The position numbers and the translations under genes were made by a program. DNA of 64,000 nucleotides from Acidobacteriota bacterium (GTDB lineage Bacteria > Acidobacteriota > Terriglobia > Terriglobales > Acidobacteriaceae), in contig QIAP01000055.1 of the NCBI GenBank assembly GCA_003225075.1, positions 10,909-74,908 of the forward strand, written 5' to 3'. This document shows, piece by piece, positions 37,308-47,223 of this stretch; within the stretch, counting starts at the first letter, position 1; each line of letters opens with the position of its first letter. The notes beneath the pieces are model-generated. The model saw only the letters and a program-made list of their open reading frames with translations. It made no database searches and was not told the DNA's origin.

Positions 37308-38783
37308 CTACCTGGTCCCAGCTACGGATGCCACAACGTCATACAAGACTTTGGGTCCGCGGCGCAGTTCTTCCACACGGATGCGCTCGTCATTGCCATG
37401 TTCTGTGTTGCCCTCTTCCTGGGTTGCAGTAAAGGGAGAAAATCCATAGGCATTGATTCCCAGAGGACGATATCTCTGATTTTCGGTGTATCCGCTGGTA
37501 AGGCGCGGCACCACCGGGGTGCCCGGGAAATACTGTTGGGCCACTCGGCGGATGGCGTCAAACAGGACGGTATCGGTCGGCGATGCGTTCGCCACACGGA
37601 ATTCGGCGTTCTGGGGATCAACGGTTACATCGGGATCGTTCACCACCTGCCGGATCGATCCCAGGAATGGTTTGGGGTCTTCGCCCGGCAGTAATCTCAC
37701 GTCGAGATTAGCCCAGGCATCGGGTGGGATGACATTGGTCTGCTCAGACCCGCCCAGCATCGTGAGCGAAATGGTATTGCGCAACAGAAAATTGAGCGAC
37801 TCATCCCGTTCCACTTGATCCTGGAAATTCTTGTCCTCGATGGCGTCCCGGATATTCCTGAACTGCTGCGCCCGCTCCGCCGGTTCGTAGGGAGCCATGT
37901 CACGCAGGAACTCCTCAACCACCGGCAGGACCTTGAGCGGCGTCCGGTATTGAATCACCCGATCCAACGCACGGATGAGCCGGTTGGGCGCTGAATCGGT
38001 ATTGGGGCGCGAGCCGTGTCCCGGGCGCCCATGTGCCACCATGTGGAGCCAAAGAGGAGTTTTCTCGCCCACATCAACGCCAACATACCTGACTTTGCCA
38101 TTTTCCAGCAGGTTTTCCCCGCCTTCATTGATCAGGAATTCTGCGTTTCCCAGTAAGTCGCGATGATGGCCGATCATCCAGTCGGTGCCCGTCCCTGCGG
38201 CTTCTTCATCGCTTACCGCCAGAAAGATTACATCCCGGTTCAGCGCCGTCTTTTCCCGCTTCAACATGACCATGACCACAAGTTGCGCCAGACCTTCATC
38301 CTTCATGTCCTGAGCACCGCGTCCGTACATCGATCCGTTCACGGTGGAGCCGCTAAACGGCGGGACCTTCCAGTGCGAAGGGTCGCTCGTGACTACATCC
38401 ATATGGTTCAGCAGAATGATGGGGCGTTGCGCCTGGGCGGTGGTATGCGGAATACGCGCCCAAAGGTCTGCGCGGCCGGGAGCATATTCGAATACGACGT
38501 TCTCGATTCCTTCCTGGTCGAGAATCTTCTTGAAAAAGGTAGCCGCGCGCTTCTCATTGCCGGGAGGGTTGGTGGTGTCGATGCGCAGATACTCCTCCAT
38601 CCATTGCACCGCCAAGTCGGAATACTGCTTCATCCGCTGTGCAGGAATTTTCGCAGACGCTAGCTCAGCTTTCGTCGCGGCAACATCCTGGGCGGCTGCA
38701 GGGAGGGGATGGAATATGGCTGAGAAGATTGCGAGTAGGGCGACTCCACCGACGAGAAAACGTTGCAAGTCAGAACCGGGCAT
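37308..38783 (-). CDS. Secreted M20/M28-type metallopeptidase
   Basis: 'ILLNHMDVV', 'FLAVSDEEAAGTG', 'INEGG'. The ATG at 38783 has a GGAGG Shine-Dalgarno 5 nt upstream and is followed by the signal peptide 'FLVGGVALLAIFSAIF'. The longer ORF to 39098 is rejected. Confidence 0.85.
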   Translation of the reverse strand: MPGSDLQRFLVGGVALLAIFSAIFHPLPAAAQDVAATKAELASAKIPAQRMKQYSDLAVQWMEEYLRIDTTNPPGNEKRAATFFKKILDQEGIENVVFEYAPGRADLWARIPHTTAQAQRPIILLNHMDVVTSDPSHWKVPPFSGSTVNGSMYGRGAQDMKDEGLAQLVVMVMLKREKTALNRDVIFLAVSDEEAAGTGTDWMIGHHRDLLGNAEFLINEGGENLLENGKVRYVGVDVGEKTPLWLHMVAHGRPGHGSRPNTDSAPNRLIRALDRVIQYRTPLKVLPVVEEFLRDMAPYEPAERAQQFRNIRDAIEDKNFQDQVERDESLNFLLRNTISLTMLGGSEQTNVIPPDAWANLDVRLLPGEDPKPFLGSIRQVVNDPDVTVDPQNAEFRVANASPTDTVLFDAIRRVAQQYFPGTPVVPRLTSGYTENQRYRPLGINAYGFSPFTATQEEGNTEHGNDERIRVEELRRGPKVLYDVVASVAGTR

Positions 38784-39174
38784 TCCGCCTCCTATGGACC
38801 GACAACCAGGGTTACTTCCGTCATAACTCCACGCAGTTTTTATATCAGTTTTTACCAAAATTACTCTGCCGCATGATTTTGCGATCTGCGACGAGCAAAT
38901 ACGAGCGTCAATGTCATTGCACTGTAAGGATTTATCTTTCCCATCGGGGCGAGAGTTTGGCATGAGACCTGTTAGTAGCACAGCAGGTGCTGTACTTTCG
39001 TGTAGCACCGACGTTGGTGGGTTACAGGGTCTGCGTAGCGTCAGCGCATGCCGGGCAAGGCCGAGTCCTTGCCTCAGTTCACCCGTTAGGGGACGCAATC
39101 AAAAATCACGCAACACGCCCGCTAGGCGTGCTGGAGTGGAGCCTAGACGCTCCCCCATTTCGGAGGAAGGTGAT

Positions 39175-40200
39175 ATGAAGAACCGTGTATTTGTAGCGCT
39201 GCTTCTGGCCGCAGTTCTGGCAATTCCGGCCTTCGCGCAGCAGGACAATTCCAGTACTCAAAGCCAACCGGCAGCCACTCAATCCCAGCCGGCCACAACC
39301 CAGTCTCCGGACGCGACTCAGTCGCAACCGGCGGCATCTTCGCAAGGGACGCAGCCCGCTGCGACCTCATCGCAGGGCATGCAGCCCGCAACCCAGTCGG
39401 CTAGTCCGGCGACCACTTCCTCTGACCAGAGCACCCCGGCGACCAGTGCGACCGGCAAGCCACTCCAGCCGCCAGCTCGTGAAGGCTTCTGGGGACGTGT
39501 GAATCCTTTCGCTCGCAAGAAATACGTGCAGCGTCAGACCCAGCCCATCCGTGATCGGCTGAACGAACTGGACGAGCTCACCGCCAGCAACAGCAAAATG
39601 ATCAAAGACGTCGATTCACGCGCCCAGGAAGGCATCAAGCTGGCTTCGTCCAAAGCCAATGAAGCCGACCAGCACGCCATTGACGCCGGCAACCGCGCAA
39701 ATGCCGCGCAACAGACCGCGCAGCAGGCGACGACCCGCATCCAAACCGTCGAGCAGGTAGTCACCAACATCGATCAGTATCAGCCCACCACCCAGACCGA
39801 AATTCGTTTCCGTCCGGGACAGAGTGTTCTGAGCAAGAACGCCAAGGACGCCCTCGACCAGATGGCCACCCCGCTGAAGGACCAGCGTGGCTACATCGTC
39901 GAAGTGCAGGGGTTCTCCTCCGGCCACGGTCAAACCGCCATTGCCAACTCGCAGAAGATGGCCGAGTCGGTAGTGCGGTACCTGGTGCTGAATCATGACA
40001 TCCCGGTTTATCGCATTTATCTTGTCGGGATGGGCAATGCCCCAGCACAGCCCGCGGCAGCTGGCGAAGCCAAACCCAAGCGCACTACTGGCGGGCGGGT
40101 TGAAATCAGTCTCCTGAAGAACAATCTGGAGCAGCTGTCTTCCAACGCCCCGGCAACCGCCCCTGCGACTCAGCAGCAGCAGCAGGCGCCTCCCAAGTAG
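39175..40200 (+). CDS. Secreted OmpA-C-like domain protein with S/T/Q/P/A-rich repeats and coiled-coil segment
   Basis: GGAGGAAGG Shine-Dalgarno. Signal peptide 'MKNRVFVALLLAAVLAIPAFA'. Repeats 'TQSQPAATQSQPATTQSPDATQSQPAASSQGTQPAATSSQGMQPATQS'. C-terminus 'IRFRPGQSVLSKNAKDALDQ...VEVQGFSSGHG...VVRYLVLNHDIPVYRIYLVGMGNA' is OmpA-like. Confidence 0.75.
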   Translation: MKNRVFVALLLAAVLAIPAFAQQDNSSTQSQPAATQSQPATTQSPDATQSQPAASSQGTQPAATSSQGMQPATQSASPATTSSDQSTPATSATGKPLQPPAREGFWGRVNPFARKKYVQRQTQPIRDRLNELDELTASNSKMIKDVDSRAQEGIKLASSKANEADQHAIDAGNRANAAQQTAQQATTRIQTVEQVVTNIDQYQPTTQTEIRFRPGQSVLSKNAKDALDQMATPLKDQRGYIVEVQGFSSGHGQTAIANSQKMAESVVRYLVLNHDIPVYRIYLVGMGNAPAQPAAAGEAKPKRTTGGRVEISLLKNNLEQLSSNAPATAPATQQQQQAPPK

Positions 40201-40233
40201 CAGCAGGGCCGTCAAGGCCCAAGCGTCCCCCAG

Positions 40234-40262
40234 GCCTCTTGCGCAAGCAAGAGGCTTTTTTT
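40234..40262 (+). terminator. Rho-independent terminator after the OmpA-like gene
   Basis: GCCTCTTGC (40234-40242), loop GCAA, GCAAGAGGC (40247-40255), then TTTTTTT. Confidence 0.85.
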
Positions 40263-40342
40263 GTTGCCTTGTCTCGATTGAGGTTCTTGGTGTGGCGTCA
40301 ATTTTCACGCTCGGAGGGTACTTCTATCATCTAACGTCATCA

Positions 40343-41686
40343 TCACTGCAGCTCGTTCTTAAATACTTTCCCATCTTTCATCACAAAGCGGATTTGCTCT
40401 AGCTGCTTAATGTTCTGGAGCGGATCGCTTGCCAAAGCAACTACGTCGGCGTAAGCGCCAGGCACGATCACGCCAATCTGCCCAGCCATGTCGAGCATTT
40501 CCGCCGCACGCGACGTGGCGCTCTTAATGGCTTCCATAGGAGACATCCCAAGCTCCACCATGCGCGGGAACTCCTGAGCAATGGAATCGGTCCAGGGAAT
40601 CCCGCCGATGTCGGTACCGAAAACTATTTTCAAGCCTGCCTTCATGGCTTTCTTAAACGACTCCTCATGTAGGGAGGCGCGCAAACGGTCACGCTTCCCG
40701 GCAGGCGTATCCGCTGGTTCCCAATCGTAATAGTAGACACTGAGCGTCGGACAATACCATGTTCCCTGGTTCAGCATTTGTGCGATGGCCGCATCGTCCA
40801 GATCGAGTCCATGCTCGATGGAGTCGCAGCCGCCATCCAAGGCGCGGTGCAGCCCGATCCCGCCATAGGCGTGGCAAGCGACTTTCTTGCCCCAGCCGTG
40901 AGTTTCGTCTACTACGGCCTTTAGCTCTTCGACGGTGAGCGTAGGCTGCGACACTAACTCACCGTTCTTGCCCGCCCACGAGCGATGTGTCATGTAGACT
41001 TTGATCCAGTCGGCTCCATGACCGAGCTGCTCACGCGCGGCCTTGCGCGCCTCTATAGGACCATCAATAAGCTGCGCTCCGGTGGGCATCTTCAATTCCG
41101 GTGCGTAACCCTCGAGCGGATAGCCCGCCGTTGTCGAAATCGCACGCGTTGACACAAACAGCCGCGGTCCCGGGATGTAGCCCTCTTCAATGGCCTTCTT
41201 GATGCCAACGTCCCCGTAACCCGCGCCCTCAGTCTCGACGTCGCGCAGTGTGGTGAATCCTTGCTCCAGCGCCCTTCGCGCCGCGACCGTAGCCCGTGCG
41301 GCGCGGAACGACAACGGATAATTCAAAATGTTGGCATCGTAGCCGCCCCGCGATGGATCTTCACCTTGGAGAAAAATATGGGTGTGCGAATCGATTAGCC
41401 CGGGTAGCACCGTCGCACGCGAGAGGTCGATGACGTTTGCTCCCGCCGGAATTTTCGCGTTGCCAGTATCGGAAACGCTTTCAATGCGATTGCCGCGAAT
41501 AACAATGGACTGATTGCGCCGCGGCGAATCGGACTTGCCATCAATCAGCGTGCCCGCCCGAATGACCATTACCTGCTGCGAGGCTGAAGCGGCACTCTTC
41601 TCTTGAGCGAGAACCGATACACCTGCGGTAAGAGCCCACAGGATCATAGCCACGCAGAAAATCATCGTCCGTCGCAATGCTGTCAT
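40343..41686 (-). CDS. Secreted amidohydrolase family protein (metal-dependent hydrolase)
   Basis: Signal peptide. 'VLPGLIDSHTHIF' HxH metal motif, 'HAYG', 'DSIEHG', 'GTDIG'. Confidence 0.85.
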   Translation of the reverse strand: MTALRRTMIFCVAMILWALTAGVSVLAQEKSAASASQQVMVIRAGTLIDGKSDSPRRNQSIVIRGNRIESVSDTGNAKIPAGANVIDLSRATVLPGLIDSHTHIFLQGEDPSRGGYDANILNYPLSFRAARATVAARRALEQGFTTLRDVETEGAGYGDVGIKKAIEEGYIPGPRLFVSTRAISTTAGYPLEGYAPELKMPTGAQLIDGPIEARKAAREQLGHGADWIKVYMTHRSWAGKNGELVSQPTLTVEELKAVVDETHGWGKKVACHAYGGIGLHRALDGGCDSIEHGLDLDDAAIAQMLNQGTWYCPTLSVYYYDWEPADTPAGKRDRLRASLHEESFKKAMKAGLKIVFGTDIGGIPWTDSIAQEFPRMVELGMSPMEAIKSATSRAAEMLDMAGQIGVIVPGAYADVVALASDPLQNIKQLEQIRFVMKDGKVFKNELQ

Positions 41687-41719
41687 AGTTGGTCCTCGGA
41701 ACGCACGATTGTACGCCTG

Positions 41720-42109
41720 CTATTGCGAAATGAAAGCGTCGGCCTCGATCTCCACCAGCATTTCCGGTGCGACCAGCGCGCTTACCGCGACCAGCGAGCT
41801 TGCAGGTCGGATGTCACGAAAAAATTCTCCATGCGCTTTCCCGACCTTTTCCCAGTTACTAATGTCGGTAACAAACATTCTCGTGCGCACCACGTCTTTG
41901 AGGCCTGCGCCTGCCTTGTTCAGCGCGGATTCGATGTTCTTCAACGTTTGCACCGCTTGGGCATAGGCGTCCCCAACTCCAACGATCTTCCCCTCCGGAC
42001 CAGTCGCGGTGGTCCCCGCCACATGCACATGCGGCCCTATTTTCACAGCGCGCGAATAGCCGACGATCGCTTCCCACGGTGCTCCGCTCGGAATGTTCTG
42101 CCGTTGCAT
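41720..42109 (-). CDS. RidA/YjgF family reactive-intermediate deaminase-like protein
   Basis: 129 aa. 'HVHVAGTTA', '[11 protein letters not shown]', '[12 protein letters not shown]...LVEIEA'. Confidence 0.85.
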   Translation of the reverse strand: MQRQNIPSGAPWEAIVGYSRAVKIGPHVHVAGTTATGPEGKIVGVGDAYAQAVQTLKNIESALNKAGAGLKDVVRTRMFVTDISNWEKVGKAHGEFFRDIRPASSLVAVSALVAPEMLVEIEADAFISQ

Positions 42110-42479
42110 GCTTCCCTCCAGCGGGGCTCATTGTATCTGTCCCTCTGATGAAATGTATTTGCTCCGGTATTCCAACTGTATCCGCAGTCGCCTACGCCTG
42201 TATAACGCAAGTAACTTCACTTAGCAGTCGGCGGTCTAGATTGCCAGTCAAGACCGCCCGGAAACCTTGTGGCTGTTTGCGCCTTCTAATTAAGTGCAGA
42301 GTTTATTATGACGGTAGTAACAAGAGTCACTTGCATTGCGCCTCAGGCTGCGATATGACTCGCGCAATGCGACAGTGAGTTGAGGCGATGGCAAGGAGGA
42401 GCCCCTAAACATCTGTGATACCGAGCAGCTGTTCAAGATTCGCAACGCCGCTGACCGTCCGTTAGCGGATGTCGGCGAA

Positions 42480-42839
42480 ATGCTCATGGAATCTGACCCG
42501 GTATTTGGTCCAGCTCCGTCCTTTGATCGTGAGCGCCAGGTGCGGAAGCACATCGGAGACTACACTCTTTTCTTCACCGGCATGTTTCCTGAAAGCATCA
42601 ATCAGTTCCGGCTGCGCCGCCAGCGCCTGGAAAATCTTGTGGACTGGATGAAGGCCGGCAAGGAAAGCTATTACATCGTTTCCAAGTTCGAGTATTTCGA
42701 ATACGCCAAGGTTGCGCCATTATTCGCCAGTCTGTCCCAGCATTTCGAGCAGTGCGTGTACGGACTCAACATGGTGAAGAACGAACTGCAGGAAATGCAG
42801 CACCCAATTATCCAGCGGACCGACGAACTGCTAATGTAA
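42480..42839 (+). CDS. Hypothetical protein (start uncertain)
   Basis: ORF with protein-like composition ('KHIGDYTLFFTGMFPESI', 'SYYIVSKFEYFEYAK'). The frame is open from 42384, and a strong AAGGAGGA at 42393-42400 has no canonical start after it. Confidence 0.5.
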   Translation: MLMESDPVFGPAPSFDRERQVRKHIGDYTLFFTGMFPESINQFRLRRQRLENLVDWMKAGKESYYIVSKFEYFEYAKVAPLFASLSQHFEQCVYGLNMVKNELQEMQHPIIQRTDELLM

Positions 42840-42888
42840 TTCCGGAGACCAGTCACAAGATCGTCACGCGCCCAGATGCTGTCCCACG

Positions 42889-43455
42889 TTAGCCAGGCCG
42901 ATAAAAGCTCAGCGCTGCGTCTCCCTGTTCCAACTTGCGATAACGGTGCAGGCCGCCGAACGTTTCGCCCGGATCGAACTTCCGATCGTGTTCAGCGATG
43001 ACGATAGTCGTCTGATGCAGCAGGTGTGACAGAGCGAGAAATGCAAGGGTCTGGGCATAGGTCTTGTGCATTCGATAGGGCGGATCCAAAAAAATAACAT
43101 CAGCGACAATGTGCGAAGTGTTCAATCGGCGCATCGCCGCCACTGCATCCATTTTCATGATTTCAAATCCTGCATCAATCGCCAGCGACCGCAAGTTCTG
43201 TTGCACCAGATTAGTTGCATCCCGCGAACGTTCCACAAAATACACCATATTCGCCCCGCGGCTCAGGGCCTCTATGCCCACTGCCCCTGTTCCCGCATAC
43301 AAGTCTACCCACACGGTTCCCGCTAGAGACGAGGGGTTCCCGGCAGTAAGCACATTGAACAGGGTCTCGCGCAACCGGTCCGAACTGGGCCGTATATCCA
43401 CGCCACCCAAGGAGCGTAGCGGGCGACTCCGGTATTTTCCGGCAATCACTCTCAA
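42889..43455 (-). CDS. rsmD: 16S rRNA (guanine966-N2)-methyltransferase
   Basis: 'MRVIAGKYRSRPL', 'RPSSDRLRETLFN', 'DLYAGTGAVGIEALSRGA', 'VIFLDPPY'. Confidence 0.9.
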   Translation of the reverse strand: MRVIAGKYRSRPLRSLGGVDIRPSSDRLRETLFNVLTAGNPSSLAGTVWVDLYAGTGAVGIEALSRGANMVYFVERSRDATNLVQQNLRSLAIDAGFEIMKMDAVAAMRRLNTSHIVADVIFLDPPYRMHKTYAQTLAFLALSHLLHQTTIVIAEHDRKFDPGETFGGLHRYRKLEQGDAALSFYRPG

Positions 43456-43644
43456 CCCGAGCCTCGTAAGTTATCTATGAGGTTGCTGTCGGAAGATGCT
43501 GGTACTTTTGCTAGGCGTCCTCTGCAGACCCAAATCGCTGATTTGGGAAAAAACTTGATACTTTCGGATGGTTGAATCACAACTGTCCCGTACCCATTGG
43601 CGTCTAATATATAGAATGTTGGTGTAATCTGGTCATTAGGTGTT

Positions 43645-44772
43645 ATGAGGAACTGGTCGGTACCTGCCGGACGCGTCTTTGGGGTTGAAATCCGCATCCA
43701 CCTCACATTCTTGTTTTTACTGGTGTTCGTATGGATGACCGAATCGGCCGCGCACGGTACCACTGGGGCCCTTCACGGTCTGGCGCTGGTGGGCATAATT
43801 TTCACCTGCGTCGTTTTCCATGAGCTCGGACACGCTCTAGTCGCGATGCGCACGGGAGTGCCGGCCAAGTCTATTATCCTGCTGCCGATTGGCGGGGTCA
43901 CCCTGCTGGACGATTCGCGGCAATTGGCCGACGCGGTTCCCGCAGCTTTGAATTGGCAGCGCGATGCACGCATCGCGCTCGCCGGGCCTGTAGTCAACCT
44001 GTTGATGGCTTTTATCGCCGGCGCTGTCGTGCTGATAGCCGCACCCGAGGTTCAGCTCTGGACCAAGCCCTACGTTCATTCCAACCACCTGGTACGAAGC
44101 CTGGTGTGGGCGAATTTCTATCTGGCCATAATTAATTTGCTACCCGCCTACCCCATGGATGGTGGTCGTGTCCTGCGGGCCTGGTTCTCCCGCCGGATGG
44201 ATCCAGTGCGCGCCACCCGCCGGGCGGTCACCATCGGCCAGAGCTTCTCCATGCTTTTCATGCTGGTTGGCATGCTCTCGAACATCTGGCTCACCATGAT
44301 CGGATTCTTCCTGTTCATCGCCGCCCAGCTCGAAGAGCGCTCCGTAATCTTCCAATCGGTGCTGGAGAAGGTACATCTGGAAGACATCATGCTCACCGAC
44401 TTCGCCACGCTCTCCCCGGCCGACACTCTGGAAGATGCGTTGGACAAGGCGGTGCATTCACTACAGGACGATTTCCCTGTCATCCGCGGCAGCGATATGG
44501 TGGGAGTGATTTCAAGACAGAAAATTCTGGATGCTTTGCGGGTGGAAGGAAATGGCTACGTGCAGGCAGTCATGAACCGTATCTTCGAGGTGGCGACCCG
44601 GCAGGAATCTCTCGCCTCCGCCTTTCGCAAGCTGACGGCGCGCAACCTGAGCATCATCCCAGTGGTCGAGGATCAACGCCTGGTCGGTATTGTCACCTTG
44701 CAGAACCTCATGCACTCGATGGCTCTACTGGCCGAAAGCCGCAAGCTCCGAAAACAAGCTCTGAATTCCTAA
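43645..44772 (+). CDS. M50 site-2 protease family protein with C-terminal CBS pair
   Basis: 'FHELGHALVA' HExxH in a TM helix, 'NLLPAYPMDGGRV'. Two CBS-like units follow ('DIMLTDFATLSP...', 'IIPVVEDQRLVGIVTLQNL'). Confidence 0.88.
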   Translation: MRNWSVPAGRVFGVEIRIHLTFLFLLVFVWMTESAAHGTTGALHGLALVGIIFTCVVFHELGHALVAMRTGVPAKSIILLPIGGVTLLDDSRQLADAVPAALNWQRDARIALAGPVVNLLMAFIAGAVVLIAAPEVQLWTKPYVHSNHLVRSLVWANFYLAIINLLPAYPMDGGRVLRAWFSRRMDPVRATRRAVTIGQSFSMLFMLVGMLSNIWLTMIGFFLFIAAQLEERSVIFQSVLEKVHLEDIMLTDFATLSPADTLEDALDKAVHSLQDDFPVIRGSDMVGVISRQKILDALRVEGNGYVQAVMNRIFEVATRQESLASAFRKLTARNLSIIPVVEDQRLVGIVTLQNLMHSMALLAESRKLRKQALNS

Positions 44773-44835
44773 GTTAACCAAGCATTTGCGTTCGTTTATG
44801 ACCTCTGTGTCCAGTTAATGTGGTTTGTCCCACCG

Positions 44836-45456
44836 TCAGAACTTGAAGACGATCCCTATAGATGGCTCTGCCATGTGTCCTTTCGCTCCTGTGAACAAGT
44901 TCTGGAGCTTGAAATTTGGCGCAGAGAATAACAGGCCGCGGTATTGCAGACGGAGCGCGAACCGCGAACCCACGCGAGGCAACCGGTAGTCCACGCCTCC
45001 TCCGTATAGAAAGCCCACTTGTGTCTGTCGCACACCCATCATCGAAACTGGTATGAAATCGATGTACTCGTAATAGGGATTGAAAACCACCGCTCCCGCG
45101 CCACCGAGTAGAAAAGGTTTAAACCTTTCGGTCTCGAACGGGCTGAAAACATAAGCTCCGCTGAACTCAGTGACGTTGGTCTGGAAGCGGTAATCAAGCG
45201 TGGGGGTGACGTATTTCTCGGCGGTGTAGGAGCGCGCGTAGTTCACTTCTATCGAGTGCTTCGCACCCATATTCAGTCGCAGTGTGGCCAGAAAACCGCG
45301 GCCGCTTGTCGGAGTCTGGGTGACTCCGTTGCCGGCGGTCTTTTTATTCAGCACGGCGGACGCATTGAGGCTGATGTCCCAGCGGTGCTCCTGGCCCAGC
45401 GCCCCCAATGTTAAGAAAAATAAAGCCGCAACTACAGCGCATGCTCTGTTAACCAT
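44836..45456 (-). CDS. Outer-membrane beta-barrel protein (small porin/OmpW-like)
   Basis: Signal peptide 'AVVAALFFLTLGALG'. Alternating beta-strand pattern. C-terminal 'GIVFKF' ends in Phe. Confidence 0.7.
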   Translation of the reverse strand: MVNRACAVVAALFFLTLGALGQEHRWDISLNASAVLNKKTAGNGVTQTPTSGRGFLATLRLNMGAKHSIEVNYARSYTAEKYVTPTLDYRFQTNVTEFSGAYVFSPFETERFKPFLLGGAGAVVFNPYYEYIDFIPVSMMGVRQTQVGFLYGGGVDYRLPRVGSRFALRLQYRGLLFSAPNFKLQNLFTGAKGHMAEPSIGIVFKF

Positions 45457-45499
45457 TCCCCGTCCTCTCGCGATCGTTCATCTAAATCGGCGCGCTCGC

Positions 45500-47101
45500 T
45501 TAAAACAACCGAATAGCCCTCGCCTGCTCGACTGCTGGAATCTTTCTGAGGGCCGCCAGCACGAGATCCGGAACCTGGCTGTCAACGTGTACCACTGCAA
45601 TCGCTTCGCGTGCAGCGCCCGGCTTGGCGCTAATCAACCGGCGGCCGAGCGAAAAATCCGCGATATTGATCTTGTGCTTGCCCAGAATTGTGCCGACCTT
45701 GCCGATCACGCCGGGCACGTCCTGGTTGCGCATAAAAATCAAATTACGTTCCAGCGGCGCCTCGATATCAATTCCATCCACCGACAATAGACGCGGTGCA
45801 CTGCCGTGCAGCACCGCTCCTTTGACCAGGTGCTCTTCGCCGTTTGTCTTGAGTAAAATCGAAAGCACGCTGCCTGCGCCGCCACTGGAACTTTTCGGCT
45901 TGTGAGCTTCATGGATTCGCAACCCGCGAGACGATGCGATGGACGCGGCGTTCACCAGGTTAGCTTTCTCTTCCAAGGCCTGATTTAAGACGCCTTTTAT
46001 GGCGGCATTGCGCACCAGTTCGGTTTTCCATTCGGCAATATGCCCACTGTAGCGCAGCGAAATCTCTTCCAGCGTTCCTTCCGATGCTTGCGCCAGAAAG
46101 GCCCCCAATCGTTCCGCCAGCACGATGTAGGGCTGCATTTCGAGGTATTCGTCGTGAGAAACCGAGGGCACGTTAACGGCATTCTGAATCACGCCGTGCT
46201 TCAGATATTCCTTCACTTGTAACGCGATCTGATATCCCACAGCTTCCTGGGCCTCATGCGTTGAACCGGCGATGTGGGGCGTAAGGATCACATTCTCAAT
46301 CGCCAGTAAAGGCGAGTTGTGGGGTGGTTCATCGGTAAAAACATCCAGAGCCGCGGCGGCGACCAGTCCTTGCTTCAGGGCCTGGGCCAATGCTCTCTCG
46401 TCCACCAATTCGCCACGGGCGCAGTTCACCAGCCGCACTCCGCGTTTCATTTTCTTGATCGAAACTGCATTGATCATGCTTGTGGTCTGCGGCGTTAATC
46501 CGACATGCAGGGTGAGATAGTCGGCGGCAGCATAGAGCTCTTCGAGTTTCGTCATCCGAATGCCCTGTTCTTTTGCCACGGTTCCGGAGACGAAAGGATC
46601 ATGCGCGATGATTTCCATCCCAAACGCGCGTGCCCGGCGGGCGACTTCCATCCCGATGCGGCCTAGACCAACGACTCCCAGGGTCTTACCGCGGAGCTCT
46701 GTCCCTTGCAGTGTTTTCTTTTCCCATTTTCCGGCATGCATCAGCACATCTGCGCGTGAGATGTGCCGTGCCATGGCCAGCATCATTCCCAACGTGTGCT
46801 CCGCGACCGCCACAGCGTTTGCGCCGGGAGTGTTCATCACCGCGATCCCCTTGCGAGTCGCGTCGTCCAAGTCAATGTTGTCTACGCCTACTCCGGCACG
46901 ACCGATAACCCGCAGCTTGCGGGCATGTTCCAACAGCGTCGCATCCACCTGAACCGCGGAACGAACGATCAGCGCGTCGGCGGTTGCCAGGTGCTCAGCT
47001 AATTTGCCGTCCAATTGTTCCGCGGTCACCACGGTCCAGCGCGGTTCCCGCAACAATTCGACCGCGGAAGAGGAAATTTTTTCTGCGACGACGACCTTCA
47101 T
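45500..47101 (-). CDS. serA: D-3-phosphoglycerate dehydrogenase (long form with ASB and ACT domains)
   Basis: 'GVVGLGRIGMEVA' NAD motif and 'PHIAGST'. The 533-aa length includes a C-terminal ACT-like segment ('LIFMRNQDVPGVIGKVGTILG'). Confidence 0.92.
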   Translation of the reverse strand: MKVVVAEKISSSAVELLREPRWTVVTAEQLDGKLAEHLATADALIVRSAVQVDATLLEHARKLRVIGRAGVGVDNIDLDDATRKGIAVMNTPGANAVAVAEHTLGMMLAMARHISRADVLMHAGKWEKKTLQGTELRGKTLGVVGLGRIGMEVARRARAFGMEIIAHDPFVSGTVAKEQGIRMTKLEELYAAADYLTLHVGLTPQTTSMINAVSIKKMKRGVRLVNCARGELVDERALAQALKQGLVAAAALDVFTDEPPHNSPLLAIENVILTPHIAGSTHEAQEAVGYQIALQVKEYLKHGVIQNAVNVPSVSHDEYLEMQPYIVLAERLGAFLAQASEGTLEEISLRYSGHIAEWKTELVRNAAIKGVLNQALEEKANLVNAASIASSRGLRIHEAHKPKSSSGGAGSVLSILLKTNGEEHLVKGAVLHGSAPRLLSVDGIDIEAPLERNLIFMRNQDVPGVIGKVGTILGKHKINIADFSLGRRLISAKPGAAREAIAVVHVDSQVPDLVLAALRKIPAVEQARAIRLF

Positions 47102-47223
47102 GAGAGTGTCTGGTTCGCTTTGATTTTAAAGGCTGACCATCTCAAACTGCCCACCCAGTGTCGCACATTCATTCCGACACCGCGAACGTCGGAGTCTTTC
47201 ACATGGACCACTAAAGCGGACTG

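Noticed and set aside
38784-39174. Long N-terminal extensions of both divergent ORFs (37308..39098 and 38911..40200), which would overlap each other
   Set aside because: Internal ATGs at 38783 and 39175 each have a GGAGG-type Shine-Dalgarno and are followed at once by signal peptides. The extensions are Arg/Pro/Ser-rich and mutually overlapping. The region does hold two hairpins (39054-39073, 39114-39130) and a CAGTTTTTA x2 direct repeat (38834-38854). These are probably promoter or leader elements.
39616-40308. 230-aa ORF antisense to the OmpA-like gene
   Set aside because: A shadow ORF. The sense strand has a Shine-Dalgarno, signal peptide, OmpA-like domain and a terminator.
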